Source: Patescibacteria group bacterium
GTDB lineage: Bacteria; Patescibacteriota; Patescibacteriia; Patescibacteriales; UBA12465
Direction of reading: 5' to 3'
Assembly: GCA_041650715.1 (NCBI GenBank)
Contig: JBAZKQ010000001.1
Coordinates: forward strand, 70,945-134,944
DNA: 64,000 bases
Below are positions 36,522 to 45,367 of the stretch, piece after piece. The position numbers and the translations under genes were made by a program. How positions within the stretch are numbered: position 1 is the stretch's first letter; the number at the start of each line of letters is the position of its first letter. Below the pieces are notes generated by a model that was not told the DNA's origin, searched no databases, and saw only the letters and a list, made by a program, of their open reading frames with translations.

Positions 36522-37208
36522 TTATTTTTTTCGCCATTCGTCCCAAAGAGTTTGGATCGCTAAAAGTCCGTCGCGGGCTTTTATTTTTTTACCCTCGCTG
36601 TAGCTGCGCCGGTTATAGCTAATCGGCAATTCGACTATATTATAGCCGGTTCTTAGAAGCTGAGCGGTAATTTCCGGTTCAATTTCAAAGCGGCGTCCGC
36701 TCAGATTTAATTTATTTAAAGCGTCTCGCGGAATTAATTTAAAGCAGGTCTCCATGTCGCTTAGATGCGAACCGAAAAAATAATTGGTCAGGGCGGTTAA
36801 AAAATAATTAACGAGACGATGAAAATTTAAAGGATAATTATTAAGGAAGCGGGACCCAAAAACGGCCGTCTGCGGCGCCTGGTTTTTTATGGCTGTAAAT
36901 AATTTAATAATATCCTTAGGGTCGTATTCGGCGTCGGCGTCGCAGACAATAAAATAATCACCGGACATTTCTTCGAGCCCGCGCTTGACGGCCGCCCCCT
37001 TGCCTTGATTACTTACTTGATGAATTAATTTAAAGTCGTAACTCGCTTGTAGCCCGTCGAGAATAAGCTTAGTCTTATCGGTTGAGCCGTCGTTTACGAC
37101 GATAACTTCGTGGTTAATAGACAAAGCAAAAATAGTCGGCAAAGCTGAGGCGACCAGTTTTTCCTCGTTAAAAATCGGGACGATAATTGATAGTAATTTT
37201 TCGGCCAT
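36522..37208 (-). CDS. Family-2 glycosyltransferase (polyprenol-phosphate mannose/glucose synthase-like)
   Basis: SIIVPIFNEE, VVNDGSTDKT and CDADAEYDP (DxD) motifs. Confidence 0.8.
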   Translation of the reverse strand: MAEKLLSIIVPIFNEEKLVASALPTIFALSINHEVIVVNDGSTDKTKLILDGLQASYDFKLIHQVSNQGKGAAVKRGLEEMSGDYFIVCDADAEYDPKDIIKLFTAIKNQAPQTAVFGSRFLNNYPLNFHRLVNYFLTALTNYFFGSHLSDMETCFKLIPRDALNKLNLSGRRFEIEPEITAQLLRTGYNIVELPISYNRRSYSEGKKIKARDGLLAIQTLWDEWRKK

Positions 37209-37209
37209 A

Positions 37210-39729
37210 TTAATTTTTTACGGCTGTGTGCTTATAGAATATTTGTTTGACGAATTCCATAACGATCAAATAAACAATTACGAGGCCAAAGATAATTAGT
37301 AACGCCGGCCAGGGAAGAGGAGAAAATCCGAAGAACTCGCCAATCCCTTTTTGAGTGAGAATAATGCTGAGGATAACAGCCCCGACGGTTGTCATCACTA
37401 AATACTTGCTCGGGCGCGACTGAAGGAAAGGAATTTTTTGCGTGCGGATAATATAAATGACAAAAGTCTGGGTGGCCAGTGATTCAATAAACCAGCCGGC
37501 CTGAAAGGTGGCTGCGCTGAGATGCATGACGCCGAAAAGAATATAAAAAGTTAAGAGATCGAAAACTGAGCTAATCGGACCGAAAACTAACATATATTTT
37601 TTGATGAAATTTATGTTCCAGTGTTTCGGTTTTTTTAAATATTCGGTATCAACATTATCCGAGGGGATTGAGAGTTGGGAAGAATCATAGATAAAGTTGT
37701 TTAATAAAATTTGTCCGGCGGTCATCGGAAAAAAGGGTAGGAAGAGGCTGGCGCCGATGAGTGAAAACATATTACCGAAATTTGAGCTCAGTCCCATGAG
37801 TAAATATTTCATGGTATTGCCGAATGTTTTACGGCCCTCAATCACGCCCTCCATCAATTCTTTTAAGCCCTTTTGGAGCAAAATAATGTCGGCCGTTTCT
37901 TTGGCGACATCGACCGCATTATCGACGGATATGCCGACGTCCGCCGCTTTAAGCGAGGGGGCGTCATTAATGCCGTCGCCGAGATAACCGACGATATTGC
38001 CATTGCGCTTTAATTCAATAATGATTTTTTCTTTTTGACTTGGGGAGAGGCGGGCACAGATGGTCGCTCCGCTGACTTTTTTATAAATTTCTTCATCGCT
38101 TAAAATATTTAAATCCAATTCTTCGCCGGTAACAATGCCCGTGACCGGCAAGCCCAAATCTTGGCAGATTTTTTTTGTGACGAGCGGACTGTCGCCGGTT
38201 AAAATTTTAATGGCGACGCCATGCGCTTTCATGAATACTAAAGTTTCTTTAACGTCTTCTTTGGGCGGATCATAAAAAGCCATGAAGCCGCATAAAGTTA
38301 GAGCCGACTCTTCGCTAAGTGCATAACGTTCTTTCTTCTCGCTAATATCTTTTTCGGCGATGGCAAGAATGCGTAAACCGTCGGCGCTTAATTCATCATA
38401 AAGCTTTTTGGCTTGTTTTATTATTTCCGGAGTAATCGGTTTTCGTACCCCCTTATCTAAATAGAAGCCGGAAATTTTAAAAATTTCTTCAGGGGCGCCT
38501 TTGGTCACAAGCTTTAAAAGTTTCGCGCGTTCAAATATAATCGAAGAGCGTTTGCGGTTAAAATCATAAGGCAATTCTTCAATCTTAAGACAATCTTTAA
38601 GGTCAAGCTCTTTATGCGCTAAAATCGCCTGGTCAAGAATGCTTTTAATGCCGGTTTCAAAGAAGCCGTTGACATAAGCGGTTTCGAAGACTGAAGGCGA
38701 GTCGGCGCCGAAAATATCGATATGCTTAATGACGGTTATTCGGTCCTGCGTTAAGGTGCCGGTCTTATCGGTGCAGAGAATATCCATCGAGCCGAAAGTC
38801 GGGATTGAATTGAGACGTTTAACGAGAACGCCGTTTTTTTCCATTTTCATTGCACCCTTAGACATATTAACGCTCATGATCATGGGCAAAAGTTCTGGGG
38901 TAACGCCGACCGCCACGGCGAGCGCAAAGAGAAAGGAATCAAAGAGGCCTTTATTCAAAGCGGCGTTAATAAAAAAGATGATCGCGACAATAAGAGCAAT
39001 GACGCGGATAATAAGATACCCGAAACTTTTAATCCCTTTTTCAAAAGCATTTTCCGCTTCGGGGCGGGCAATTTTCTGGGCGATTTTTCCGAACTCGGTA
39101 TTTAAGCCGATTGCGGTCACTAAGTATTCGCCGAAACCGGACACGACGTTCGTTCCGGAAAAAATTATATTATTTTCCGTCGCTTCTTTTTCGACGGGAA
39201 GGCTTTCGCCGGTGAGGCTGGATTCATTTAGAAAAAAATCATTAGCAGAAATAATTTTTCCGTCGGCTGGCGCGATATCGCCGGCGGCGAGATAAACGAT
39301 ATCGCCGGGCACAATATATTTTGTATCAATTTCTTGGCGTAAACCGTCGCGCAGAATTTGGGAGCGGATAGCGATGCGGCGCGCGATTTTTTCCGCGGCT
39401 TTGTCCGATTTATGTTCTTGATAAAAATTTAGGACAACGCTTAAGAGAATCATGGTGAGAATAATAACCATGCTCCGGATTTCGCCAATGGCCCCAGAGA
39501 TTGAAGCGGCGCCAATTAGAATTAGAATCAGGGGGTTTTTAAAATAACGGAGAAATTTTACAAAAGCATTCATTTTTTTCGCTGCCTCTATTTGGTTATA
39601 GCCGAAGAGGCGGGAACGCTTAATGGCTTCGTCCGTGTTTAAACCCTGTTCGCGCGATTCGGTTAAGAGTAGGAGCTCATTTAAGGTGGATTTTTTCAGA
39701 TCGCTGACGCTGATTATAATGTTTTTCAT
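37210..39729 (-). CDS. mgtA: Mg2+-importing P-type ATPase (MgtA type)
   Basis: TGES, CTDKTGTLT and GDGINDAPSLKAADVG motifs, plus the MgtA-specific PFFPMTAGQILLNNFIYDSSQLSIPSDNVD segment. Confidence 0.8.
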   Translation of the reverse strand: MKNIIISVSDLKKSTLNELLLLTESREQGLNTDEAIKRSRLFGYNQIEAAKKMNAFVKFLRYFKNPLILILIGAASISGAIGEIRSMVIILTMILLSVVLNFYQEHKSDKAAEKIARRIAIRSQILRDGLRQEIDTKYIVPGDIVYLAAGDIAPADGKIISANDFFLNESSLTGESLPVEKEATENNIIFSGTNVVSGFGEYLVTAIGLNTEFGKIAQKIARPEAENAFEKGIKSFGYLIIRVIALIVAIIFFINAALNKGLFDSFLFALAVAVGVTPELLPMIMSVNMSKGAMKMEKNGVLVKRLNSIPTFGSMDILCTDKTGTLTQDRITVIKHIDIFGADSPSVFETAYVNGFFETGIKSILDQAILAHKELDLKDCLKIEELPYDFNRKRSSIIFERAKLLKLVTKGAPEEIFKISGFYLDKGVRKPITPEIIKQAKKLYDELSADGLRILAIAEKDISEKKERYALSEESALTLCGFMAFYDPPKEDVKETLVFMKAHGVAIKILTGDSPLVTKKICQDLGLPVTGIVTGEELDLNILSDEEIYKKVSGATICARLSPSQKEKIIIELKRNGNIVGYLGDGINDAPSLKAADVGISVDNAVDVAKETADIILLQKGLKELMEGVIEGRKTFGNTMKYLLMGLSSNFGNMFSLIGASLFLPFFPMTAGQILLNNFIYDSSQLSIPSDNVDTEYLKKPKHWNINFIKKYMLVFGPISSVFDLLTFYILFGVMHLSAATFQAGWFIESLATQTFVIYIIRTQKIPFLQSRPSKYLVMTTVGAVILSIILTQKGIGEFFGFSPLPWPALLIIFGLVIVYLIVMEFVKQIFYKHTAVKN

Positions 39730-39871
39730 ATGTTTATTTACTGTATTATTATATCATTTTTTGCTAAGTTTCGGCCACTGGGGGAGAATTGAGGCCCACC
39801 CTCTCCGCAAATTGTAAATAGCCCTGAAATATTGGCTATTTTTGTAGGGAGTTTATCGCTTGCAAATGGCG

Positions 39872-39880
39872 TGATATAAT
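39872..39880 (+). promoter_or_regulatory. Extended -10 box TGaTATAAT placed 7 nt before the ATG (leaderless transcript predicted)
   Basis: TG at 39872-39873, TATAAT at 39875-39880, ATG at 39888. Confidence 0.45.
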
Positions 39881-39887
39881 CATTAAT

Positions 39888-40766
39888 ATGATAAATGAAT
39901 CATCATTTTTAAAACAGGAGAATAAAGAACCTACCTTGGACGCGGTTTTGGGGAAAATAATGACCATGGAAGAATATGCCGGTCTGCACCATGAAACACC
40001 CTATAATTTTTCTCTGAAATCCGGAGACAAAGAGCTTTTTTATTTTGGCGCACCGCATGTTCGCGACCCTAAAGATTCAATATTTTATGAAATTAAAGCG
40101 GCTTTTGATAAAGCCGATCCTGATTTGGTTGTTATTGAAGGAATGAGTGATAGTATCGACAGAAATATAATAAATGAAAAAGCCGGACAGTCTAGTTATG
40201 AAGAAGTTATTGATAGTGCCGGTGAGGCTGGTTACGCCCTGAAGTTAGGCTTAGAAAAAGGAATAGAATGGCTTTCACTGGAACCGAAAGACAAAGATAT
40301 TTATAAGCATTTATTAGACCAAGGATTTTCTAAAGATGAAATTTTTTCAAGAGCCGTTCTTCTCGTTCTGCCCCAGTATAACCGACAAATAAATAAGCAA
40401 GAATTTAAAGAATATAGCCAGTCCTTTATTGAGCAATTTAAAAAAGAGACGAATTGGGAAGGATTTGATTATTCGTATGAGCGGGCTATACAAATTGCCG
40501 AGCTTATTCTTGGTAAGACGATTAATTTTAGTGATGAAGAAGAGGCCTCAGATTATATTGATCCTACGCCTTGGTCAGAAAAGAAAGAAAAACAAACAGT
40601 ATTAAATCGTATTGGGGAGGCATCGTCTGCGTTTAGAGACAAGAATATTGTCGAAGACATTGCCGAAGCTCTTAAAAAATATAAACGCTTGTTTATTGTG
40701 TATGGGGCGAGCCACGCGGTGATGCAAGAGTCTGCCTTGAAGGAGCTTTTTAAATCTAAGCTTTAG
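39888..40766 (+). CDS. Hypothetical protein, weak TraB/GumN(ChaN)-like pattern
   Basis: FGAPHVRDPKD...PDLVVIEG near the N-terminus and IVYGASHAV near the C-terminus resemble TraB/GumN motifs. Confidence 0.4.
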   Translation: MINESSFLKQENKEPTLDAVLGKIMTMEEYAGLHHETPYNFSLKSGDKELFYFGAPHVRDPKDSIFYEIKAAFDKADPDLVVIEGMSDSIDRNIINEKAGQSSYEEVIDSAGEAGYALKLGLEKGIEWLSLEPKDKDIYKHLLDQGFSKDEIFSRAVLLVLPQYNRQINKQEFKEYSQSFIEQFKKETNWEGFDYSYERAIQIAELILGKTINFSDEEEASDYIDPTPWSEKKEKQTVLNRIGEASSAFRDKNIVEDIAEALKKYKRLFIVYGASHAVMQESALKELFKSKL

Positions 40767-40778
40767 GCTCTAAAATTT

Positions 40779-41018
40779 ATGTATAGTGTCTATATTGTGG
40801 AATGCTCCGACAAAACATTGTATACCGGCATTACGGTTGATATCGAGCGAAGAGTAGGCGAACACAATTCGTCTCAGCGCGGGGCAAAATATACGCGAGC
40901 GCGCCGGCCGGTAAAACTGGTTTATGCCAAGAAGTTTCGCGACAAATCCGCAGCGCTCAAGGAGGAAGATAGAATTAAGAAACTATCAAGAAACGATAAA
41001 TTAGAATTAATTAAATAA
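40779..41018 (+). CDS. Stand-alone GIY-YIG domain protein (UPF0213-like)
   Basis: YSVYIVECSDKTLYTGITVDIERRVGEHN. Confidence 0.8.
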   Translation: MYSVYIVECSDKTLYTGITVDIERRVGEHNSSQRGAKYTRARRPVKLVYAKKFRDKSAALKEEDRIKKLSRNDKLELIK

Positions 41019-41022
41019 TTTT

Positions 41023-41679
41023 ATGAAATTACTCCTAACCTCTAACGGTCTTTCCAATCAGTCGATTGCTAACGCTTTATTTGAATTGACTGGTAAGCCG
41101 GCGTCAGAGACCACGCTTGTTTTTATACCGACCGCGATGAACGTCGCTCGCGGAAGCAAGGACTGGTTTATTAATGATCTTTATAATATCAAAAAGCAGG
41201 GATTTAAATTTATTGACATCGTCGATATTTCCGCACTTCCGAAAGAAGTTTGGTTGCCAAAGATAGAAAGTGGAGACGTTTTATTTTTTTCGGGAGGAAA
41301 CAATTATCACTTGATGTATTGGCTAAAAGAGTCGGGATTATTTGAGTTATTGCCTGAATTATTAAAAACCAGAGTTTACGCCGGAATCAGTGCCGGGAGC
41401 ATAGTAACGAACCCGAGTTTAGCTTATTCTAATAGTGACAAGAAGGAATATTACGAGAATCATTTCGGTTATAAAGACGACACAGCTTTAAATTTTGTCG
41501 ATTTTTATACTTTTCCTCATTTTAACTCTCCGAAACATTTAGCTTCCAGTAGAGAAAACTTGGAGAAGACCGCCAAAGAAACCGGGAAAGCTGTTTATGG
41601 TCTTGATGATGAGTCGGCCTTGAAAGTCGTGGACGGCGGGGTCACGGTAATTACTGAAGGGGATTATTTAAAATTATAG
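41023..41679 (+). CDS. Peptidase S51 (dipeptidase E-like)
   Basis: LLLTSNG..., FFSGGNNYHL and YAGISAGS (nucleophile Ser). Confidence 0.75.
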   Translation: MKLLLTSNGLSNQSIANALFELTGKPASETTLVFIPTAMNVARGSKDWFINDLYNIKKQGFKFIDIVDISALPKEVWLPKIESGDVLFFSGGNNYHLMYWLKESGLFELLPELLKTRVYAGISAGSIVTNPSLAYSNSDKKEYYENHFGYKDDTALNFVDFYTFPHFNSPKHLASSRENLEKTAKETGKAVYGLDDESALKVVDGGVTVITEGDYLKL

Positions 41680-41741
41680 GGATATCAAGAAGCCTGGGGT
41701 ATAGGGATTATCAAAAAAATGATAATTTAATTGCTAATTTT

Positions 41742-42083
41742 ATGAAAATCATTCACAAAGAACAGACAAAAAGAGTTGCAAATGGTAAAAATTGCATCGC
41801 CGTGGAATATCCCTTGGGAGATGAAGATATTAACGGCTCTATTATAGAATTGACCGGGAGAGAACCGGATACCGGAGGAGCTATGAATAGGGAATGCAAA
41901 GAGTTGGCCTATATCATTCACGGCTCAGGTAAGGTTACGATTGATGATAGGATCATCGCCTTGTCTCCGGGCGATTTGGTTTTAATAGAATCAGGAGAAA
42001 AATTTTTTTGGGAGGGGAACATGACGATGTTTATGCCCTGCACTCCGGCTTGGCGGCCCAATCAATATATAAAAGTAGAATAG
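41742..42083 (+). CDS. Cupin-domain protein
   Basis: 113 aa. Pattern ELAYIIHGSGKVTIDD...GDLVLIESGEKFFWEG. Confidence 0.6.
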   Translation: MKIIHKEQTKRVANGKNCIAVEYPLGDEDINGSIIELTGREPDTGGAMNRECKELAYIIHGSGKVTIDDRIIALSPGDLVLIESGEKFFWEGNMTMFMPCTPAWRPNQYIKVE

Positions 42084-42134
42084 CCATGAGAGTTTTTACA
42101 AAGCTATATCTCATATAAAATAATAAGCATATTT

Positions 42135-42581
42135 ATGAAATCTCAATTTGTTATTGCATCGTTTGGTTTTATTTTCGATGAGAATAATAGAATTTTACTC
42201 TGCCACCGCCGTGATTATGATTTATGGAATTTACCAGGCGGGACAATGGAACTTGGAGAATCTCCTTGGGAATGTGTTGTGCGGGAAGTTAAAGAAGAAA
42301 CAGGCCTGGAAGTAGAAATATCAAAACTGGCTGGAATATATAATAAGCCAGACAAGGGGGCCTTAGCCTTTTCTTTTATCTGTAAGGTTGTTGGTGGCCA
42401 ATTAACCCTGAATGAAGAAGCCGACAAAATTGAATACTTTGGAATCGAAGAAATCCCAGCTAATATTTCTCAGAAACAAGTTGCCAGAATACGTGACGCC
42501 CTAAAAGAAAAAGAGTTAGTACTAAAAAATCAAACCGGTAAGGGCGCGATTGAGCTAATCCAAGAAAGTAATAAGAAATAA
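42135..42581 (+). CDS. NUDIX hydrolase
   Basis: Nudix box GGTMELGESPWECVVREVKEETGL. Confidence 0.85.
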   Translation: MKSQFVIASFGFIFDENNRILLCHRRDYDLWNLPGGTMELGESPWECVVREVKEETGLEVEISKLAGIYNKPDKGALAFSFICKVVGGQLTLNEEADKIEYFGIEEIPANISQKQVARIRDALKEKELVLKNQTGKGAIELIQESNKK

Positions 42582-42594
42582 TTAATAACAAGCT

Positions 42595-43332
42595 ATGAAA
42601 CTAATTTCTTTAAATGTTTGGTGCGGAATTAAATATGAAGCATTAATAAAGTTTCTTGAACTTCAACTAAAAGACACCGACATTTTTTGTTTCCAGGAAG
42701 TGAGAAATGGTGAGTATCTAAACCAAGAGGCGGGTCCCGAAGAAAGGACCAATCTCTTCAAAGACTTAGAGGGCGCGTTACCTGACTTTACGGGGTATTT
42801 CGCGGAGATGGTCCCAGGCGTTGGTATGGCAACTTTTATTCGCAATAATATTAAAGTAGAAAAAGTAGAACCGGTAGTAATGTTTACCATAGATGAAATT
42901 AAGCACTTGAAAATTCCGGTCGGATTTCGTCATTACCCGCGCCTAATGCAATCAATTTATTTGCAAAACAATAATTTAATTGTCCATAATTTTCACGGTA
43001 TTCCCGGCAATTCTAAGCAAGACACGCCGGAAAGAGATATCCAAACAAATCGTTTGCTGAAAATTATTAATAGTAGCATTGCCCCTCAAATTATAGTCGG
43101 TGACTTTAATTTAGATATGAACACGGAGGCGATTTCAAGATTGGGTCAGAAGATGAAAAATTTAGTTAAGGAAGGCGGATTTAAGACGACAAGAAATGCA
43201 AATTATAATAATATTGAAGCGTTGCCTTATGCCGACTATGCTTTTGTAACGGAGAATCTTAAAATTGATAAGTTTGAAGTTTTGCCGGATGAAGTATCGG
43301 ATCATCTTGCACTATCTTTGAATTTTACGTAG
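42595..43332 (+). CDS. Endonuclease/exonuclease/phosphatase (EEP) family protein
   Basis: FCFQEV, VGDFNLD and SDHLAL motifs. Confidence 0.75.
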   Translation: MKLISLNVWCGIKYEALIKFLELQLKDTDIFCFQEVRNGEYLNQEAGPEERTNLFKDLEGALPDFTGYFAEMVPGVGMATFIRNNIKVEKVEPVVMFTIDEIKHLKIPVGFRHYPRLMQSIYLQNNNLIVHNFHGIPGNSKQDTPERDIQTNRLLKIINSSIAPQIIVGDFNLDMNTEAISRLGQKMKNLVKEGGFKTTRNANYNNIEALPYADYAFVTENLKIDKFEVLPDEVSDHLALSLNFT

Positions 43333-43403
43333 ATTATTAGTTAATATCGATTAATAACGCATTGCTCCCGCTGCTCATTGTGGTTGAATGATATAAAATA
43401 GAT

Positions 43404-43898
43404 ATGAATTCGCAGATTGAAACGACAATTGTCATCAAAGACTTAGTCAGAGACATCAAGAGTCCCTTAACCATAGACTCGCTTGTTAGGATTAGGGATC
43501 TAATGTATTCAAAAATAGAAATTCGTCCCTATGACAATACGACGAAAGAATATGAAAAAGAAATAAGATGGAAAAGGACGGCCAGTGAAATTTTGGAAGA
43601 CGCCTATGTTTATAGTGGCAAGGCCTGCACAGATTTAACGATTTTGTTTATTGCTTTGTGCAAGGCGCTTGGTCTGAAAACAAATTTTGTTAAAGTGATG
43701 AATGATAAGTCGGTCCATTCTGTAGCTGAGATTAAATTGAATGACGGCTGGTATATATTTGACGTCGCAATGAAAAGTATCCCGGTCAAAGGTTCAATCA
43801 CCAATAAAAAGCCTTATGGGGAGTGGATATTATGGAAAAAGGGCAGAGACGCTTGGGATTTAGGGCTGACAGAATTTGAAAGTATTTCCAAAATTTAG
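43404..43898 (+). CDS. Transglutaminase-like cysteine protease-fold protein
   Basis: GKACTDLTILFIALCKALGL...HSVAEIKL..GWYIFDV (Cys-His-Asp order). TGaTATAAA lies 6 nt upstream of the ATG. Confidence 0.7.
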   Translation: MNSQIETTIVIKDLVRDIKSPLTIDSLVRIRDLMYSKIEIRPYDNTTKEYEKEIRWKRTASEILEDAYVYSGKACTDLTILFIALCKALGLKTNFVKVMNDKSVHSVAEIKLNDGWYIFDVAMKSIPVKGSITNKKPYGEWILWKKGRDAWDLGLTEFESISKI

Positions 43899-43941
43899 CA
43901 ATATTTTTGACTTCTGCTTTGAAATAGTGTATAGTATTAAT

Positions 43942-44025
43942 GTGCTTGTGGGGCGTCAGCCCTATTCGGCTGAATAAGCTGAAGGCAGGCATAATAAAAA
44001 AGACTTCATTTCTGAAGTCTTTTTT
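43942..44025 (+). ncRNA. Candidate ~85-nt small RNA defined by an orphan promoter and terminator
   Basis: TTGACT (43907-43912), 17 nt, TATAGT (43930-43935). The transcript region has TGCTTG/CAGGCA and CAGCC/GGCTG pairings and ends at the 43996-44025 terminator. No plausible ORF. Confidence 0.3.
43996..44025. terminator. Bidirectional intrinsic terminator
   Basis: A5-AGACTTCA-TTTC-TGAAGTCT-T5 between convergent genes. Confidence 0.7.
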
Positions 44026-44039
44026 ATTATGTAATCGGG

Positions 44040-44519
44040 TTAGTCTTCTTCCGGACGACCATCCATGGTGGTGAAAAATTTAGTATCCCTGTATTTGTTT
44101 GTAGTCCAGGCAGGGATTATGCTCCAAAAATGCAAAGATCCATTATCACCTATTTTCCTCAAAATCACTTTTATTTTTTGTCCATCCATAATAGCAATAA
44201 TGCCCCAGTATTTTATTATTCGGCTTTCCCTCGTTTTCTTTTTATATTTTTTGATGAACACTTCCTTTATCGACTCCTCAAATTCCTGGTAGGTAGTAGA
44301 TAGTTCAATTAATTTTTTAGCCAGAGATAATAATTTAAAACGTAAAATCTGCGATGGCTCCTCTCTCATTGAATGGCGTTTTTTAAATATTATGTGATTA
44401 AAACCTTCGGCAGAAAATGTAACCTTTTCTTTAAAAGCAGGCGAAAAGACAGAATTAATATTATTATATATCTTCTGAGCGGAGTCTTTTAAATTTTGAT
44501 AGTCTGTCAAATTTTCCAT
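44040..44519 (-). CDS. Hypothetical protein (159 aa), no recognised domain
   Basis: Clean ORF ending at the bidirectional terminator. Last gene of the two-component cluster strand. Confidence 0.55.
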   Translation of the reverse strand: MENLTDYQNLKDSAQKIYNNINSVFSPAFKEKVTFSAEGFNHIIFKKRHSMREEPSQILRFKLLSLAKKLIELSTTYQEFEESIKEVFIKKYKKKTRESRIIKYWGIIAIMDGQKIKVILRKIGDNGSLHFWSIIPAWTTNKYRDTKFFTTMDGRPEED

Positions 44520-44571
44520 GGTAGGCAGTCTTGAAATATGTTAATAGAGTCGGACGGCGTTTATTTTTTTG

Positions 44572-45366
44572 CTACATTCCCGCCACCATCGCGCGGAAAG
44601 CTTCGACTTCTTGGCAGCTTTTTTCAAATGGAGTAATGAGCTTAATCAGGGCGGCCGGTTTCTCCCCGCCGATTCGAATTAGCTCGCGCCGAGCGGAGCG
44701 ACAATGACTTTTGAGATTTTTAATAATAAGGGGTGAGGCCTCAGTAGCATATAGAAGATACGCGGTTTCCGGCGCGCGCTCCAAATCGATTTTTATCTTT
44801 TGTTTTTTGGCCGCCAAAATAATCGGCCGGTTAGCGTCCGTTATTAAACCATTTTTTAAATCTTCAAGCCAATCAAGACTGTCGTCAGCCAATTGCTTGG
44901 TTGCTAAAATATGGCGGAAAAAATTTAGAGTCGCTCGACTTAGAGTATCATTCATTTTATATCCGCAAAACGAGAGCAGTGCGAGCGGGCCGAGCGCCAG
45001 GGCCAGGGATTTATAGACGGCCGGGAAAGCGCCAAAACTTTTCAGTGCTTCCGCCCGGTTAGCCGTATTTAGATTTTTTATAATTCTATTAAATAGGCGA
45101 TAGTAATCGTCAGTCAAAGATAAGCGATAATGTGTTTCTAAAAAATCGCCGTAGTATTGGTTAGCCAAAGGCAGATTTTCCGGTCTTGCTTCGCCATCTA
45201 AAAAATCATCGTAAATATTTAGAGCTCGCCATAAAAAAATTTGGGCGCGAGAAATTTGAGGCAGAATAATCTTTGCCTTTTTTTGATTCTTAGCGCTTAA
45301 ATTCAGACTCAACCATAAGGGCCAATAATAAGGCTCTTCTTTTTTTCTATTATTTTTCTGTTTCAT
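44572..45366 (-). CDS. Helical protein with two DDxxD-type Asp-rich motifs (class I isoprenoid-synthase-like)
   Basis: IYDDFLDGE and LADDSLDWLEDL lie ~108 aa apart. The start is 1 nt from the histidine kinase stop. Confidence 0.35.
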   Translation of the reverse strand: MKQKNNRKKEEPYYWPLWLSLNLSAKNQKKAKIILPQISRAQIFLWRALNIYDDFLDGEARPENLPLANQYYGDFLETHYRLSLTDDYYRLFNRIIKNLNTANRAEALKSFGAFPAVYKSLALALGPLALLSFCGYKMNDTLSRATLNFFRHILATKQLADDSLDWLEDLKNGLITDANRPIILAAKKQKIKIDLERAPETAYLLYATEASPLIIKNLKSHCRSARRELIRIGGEKPAALIKLITPFEKSCQEVEAFRAMVAGM

Positions 45367-45367
45367 T

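Noticed and set aside
38729-39295. 188-aa plus-strand ORF inside mgtA
   Set aside because: It is antisense to a full-length P-type ATPase with all catalytic motifs, and it has no motif of its own.
39730-39887. Looked for an M-box (Mg2+) riboswitch in the leader of mgtA
   Set aside because: A TGaTATAAT box on the minus strand sits only ~18 nt from the ATG, leaving no room for a ~160-nt M-box. The GC-rich hairpin (GGAGA...TCTCC) lies upstream of that promoter and shows none of the M-box conserved segments I can recall.
43942-44025. Whether the candidate sRNA is the SRP (4.5S) RNA, because of GTCAG... and ...GAAGGCAGG strings
   Set aside because: It lacks the GNRA-capped helix 8 with the conserved GGAA/AGCA loop signature. 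The apical hairpin is a perfect 5-bp stem with a CTATTC loop.
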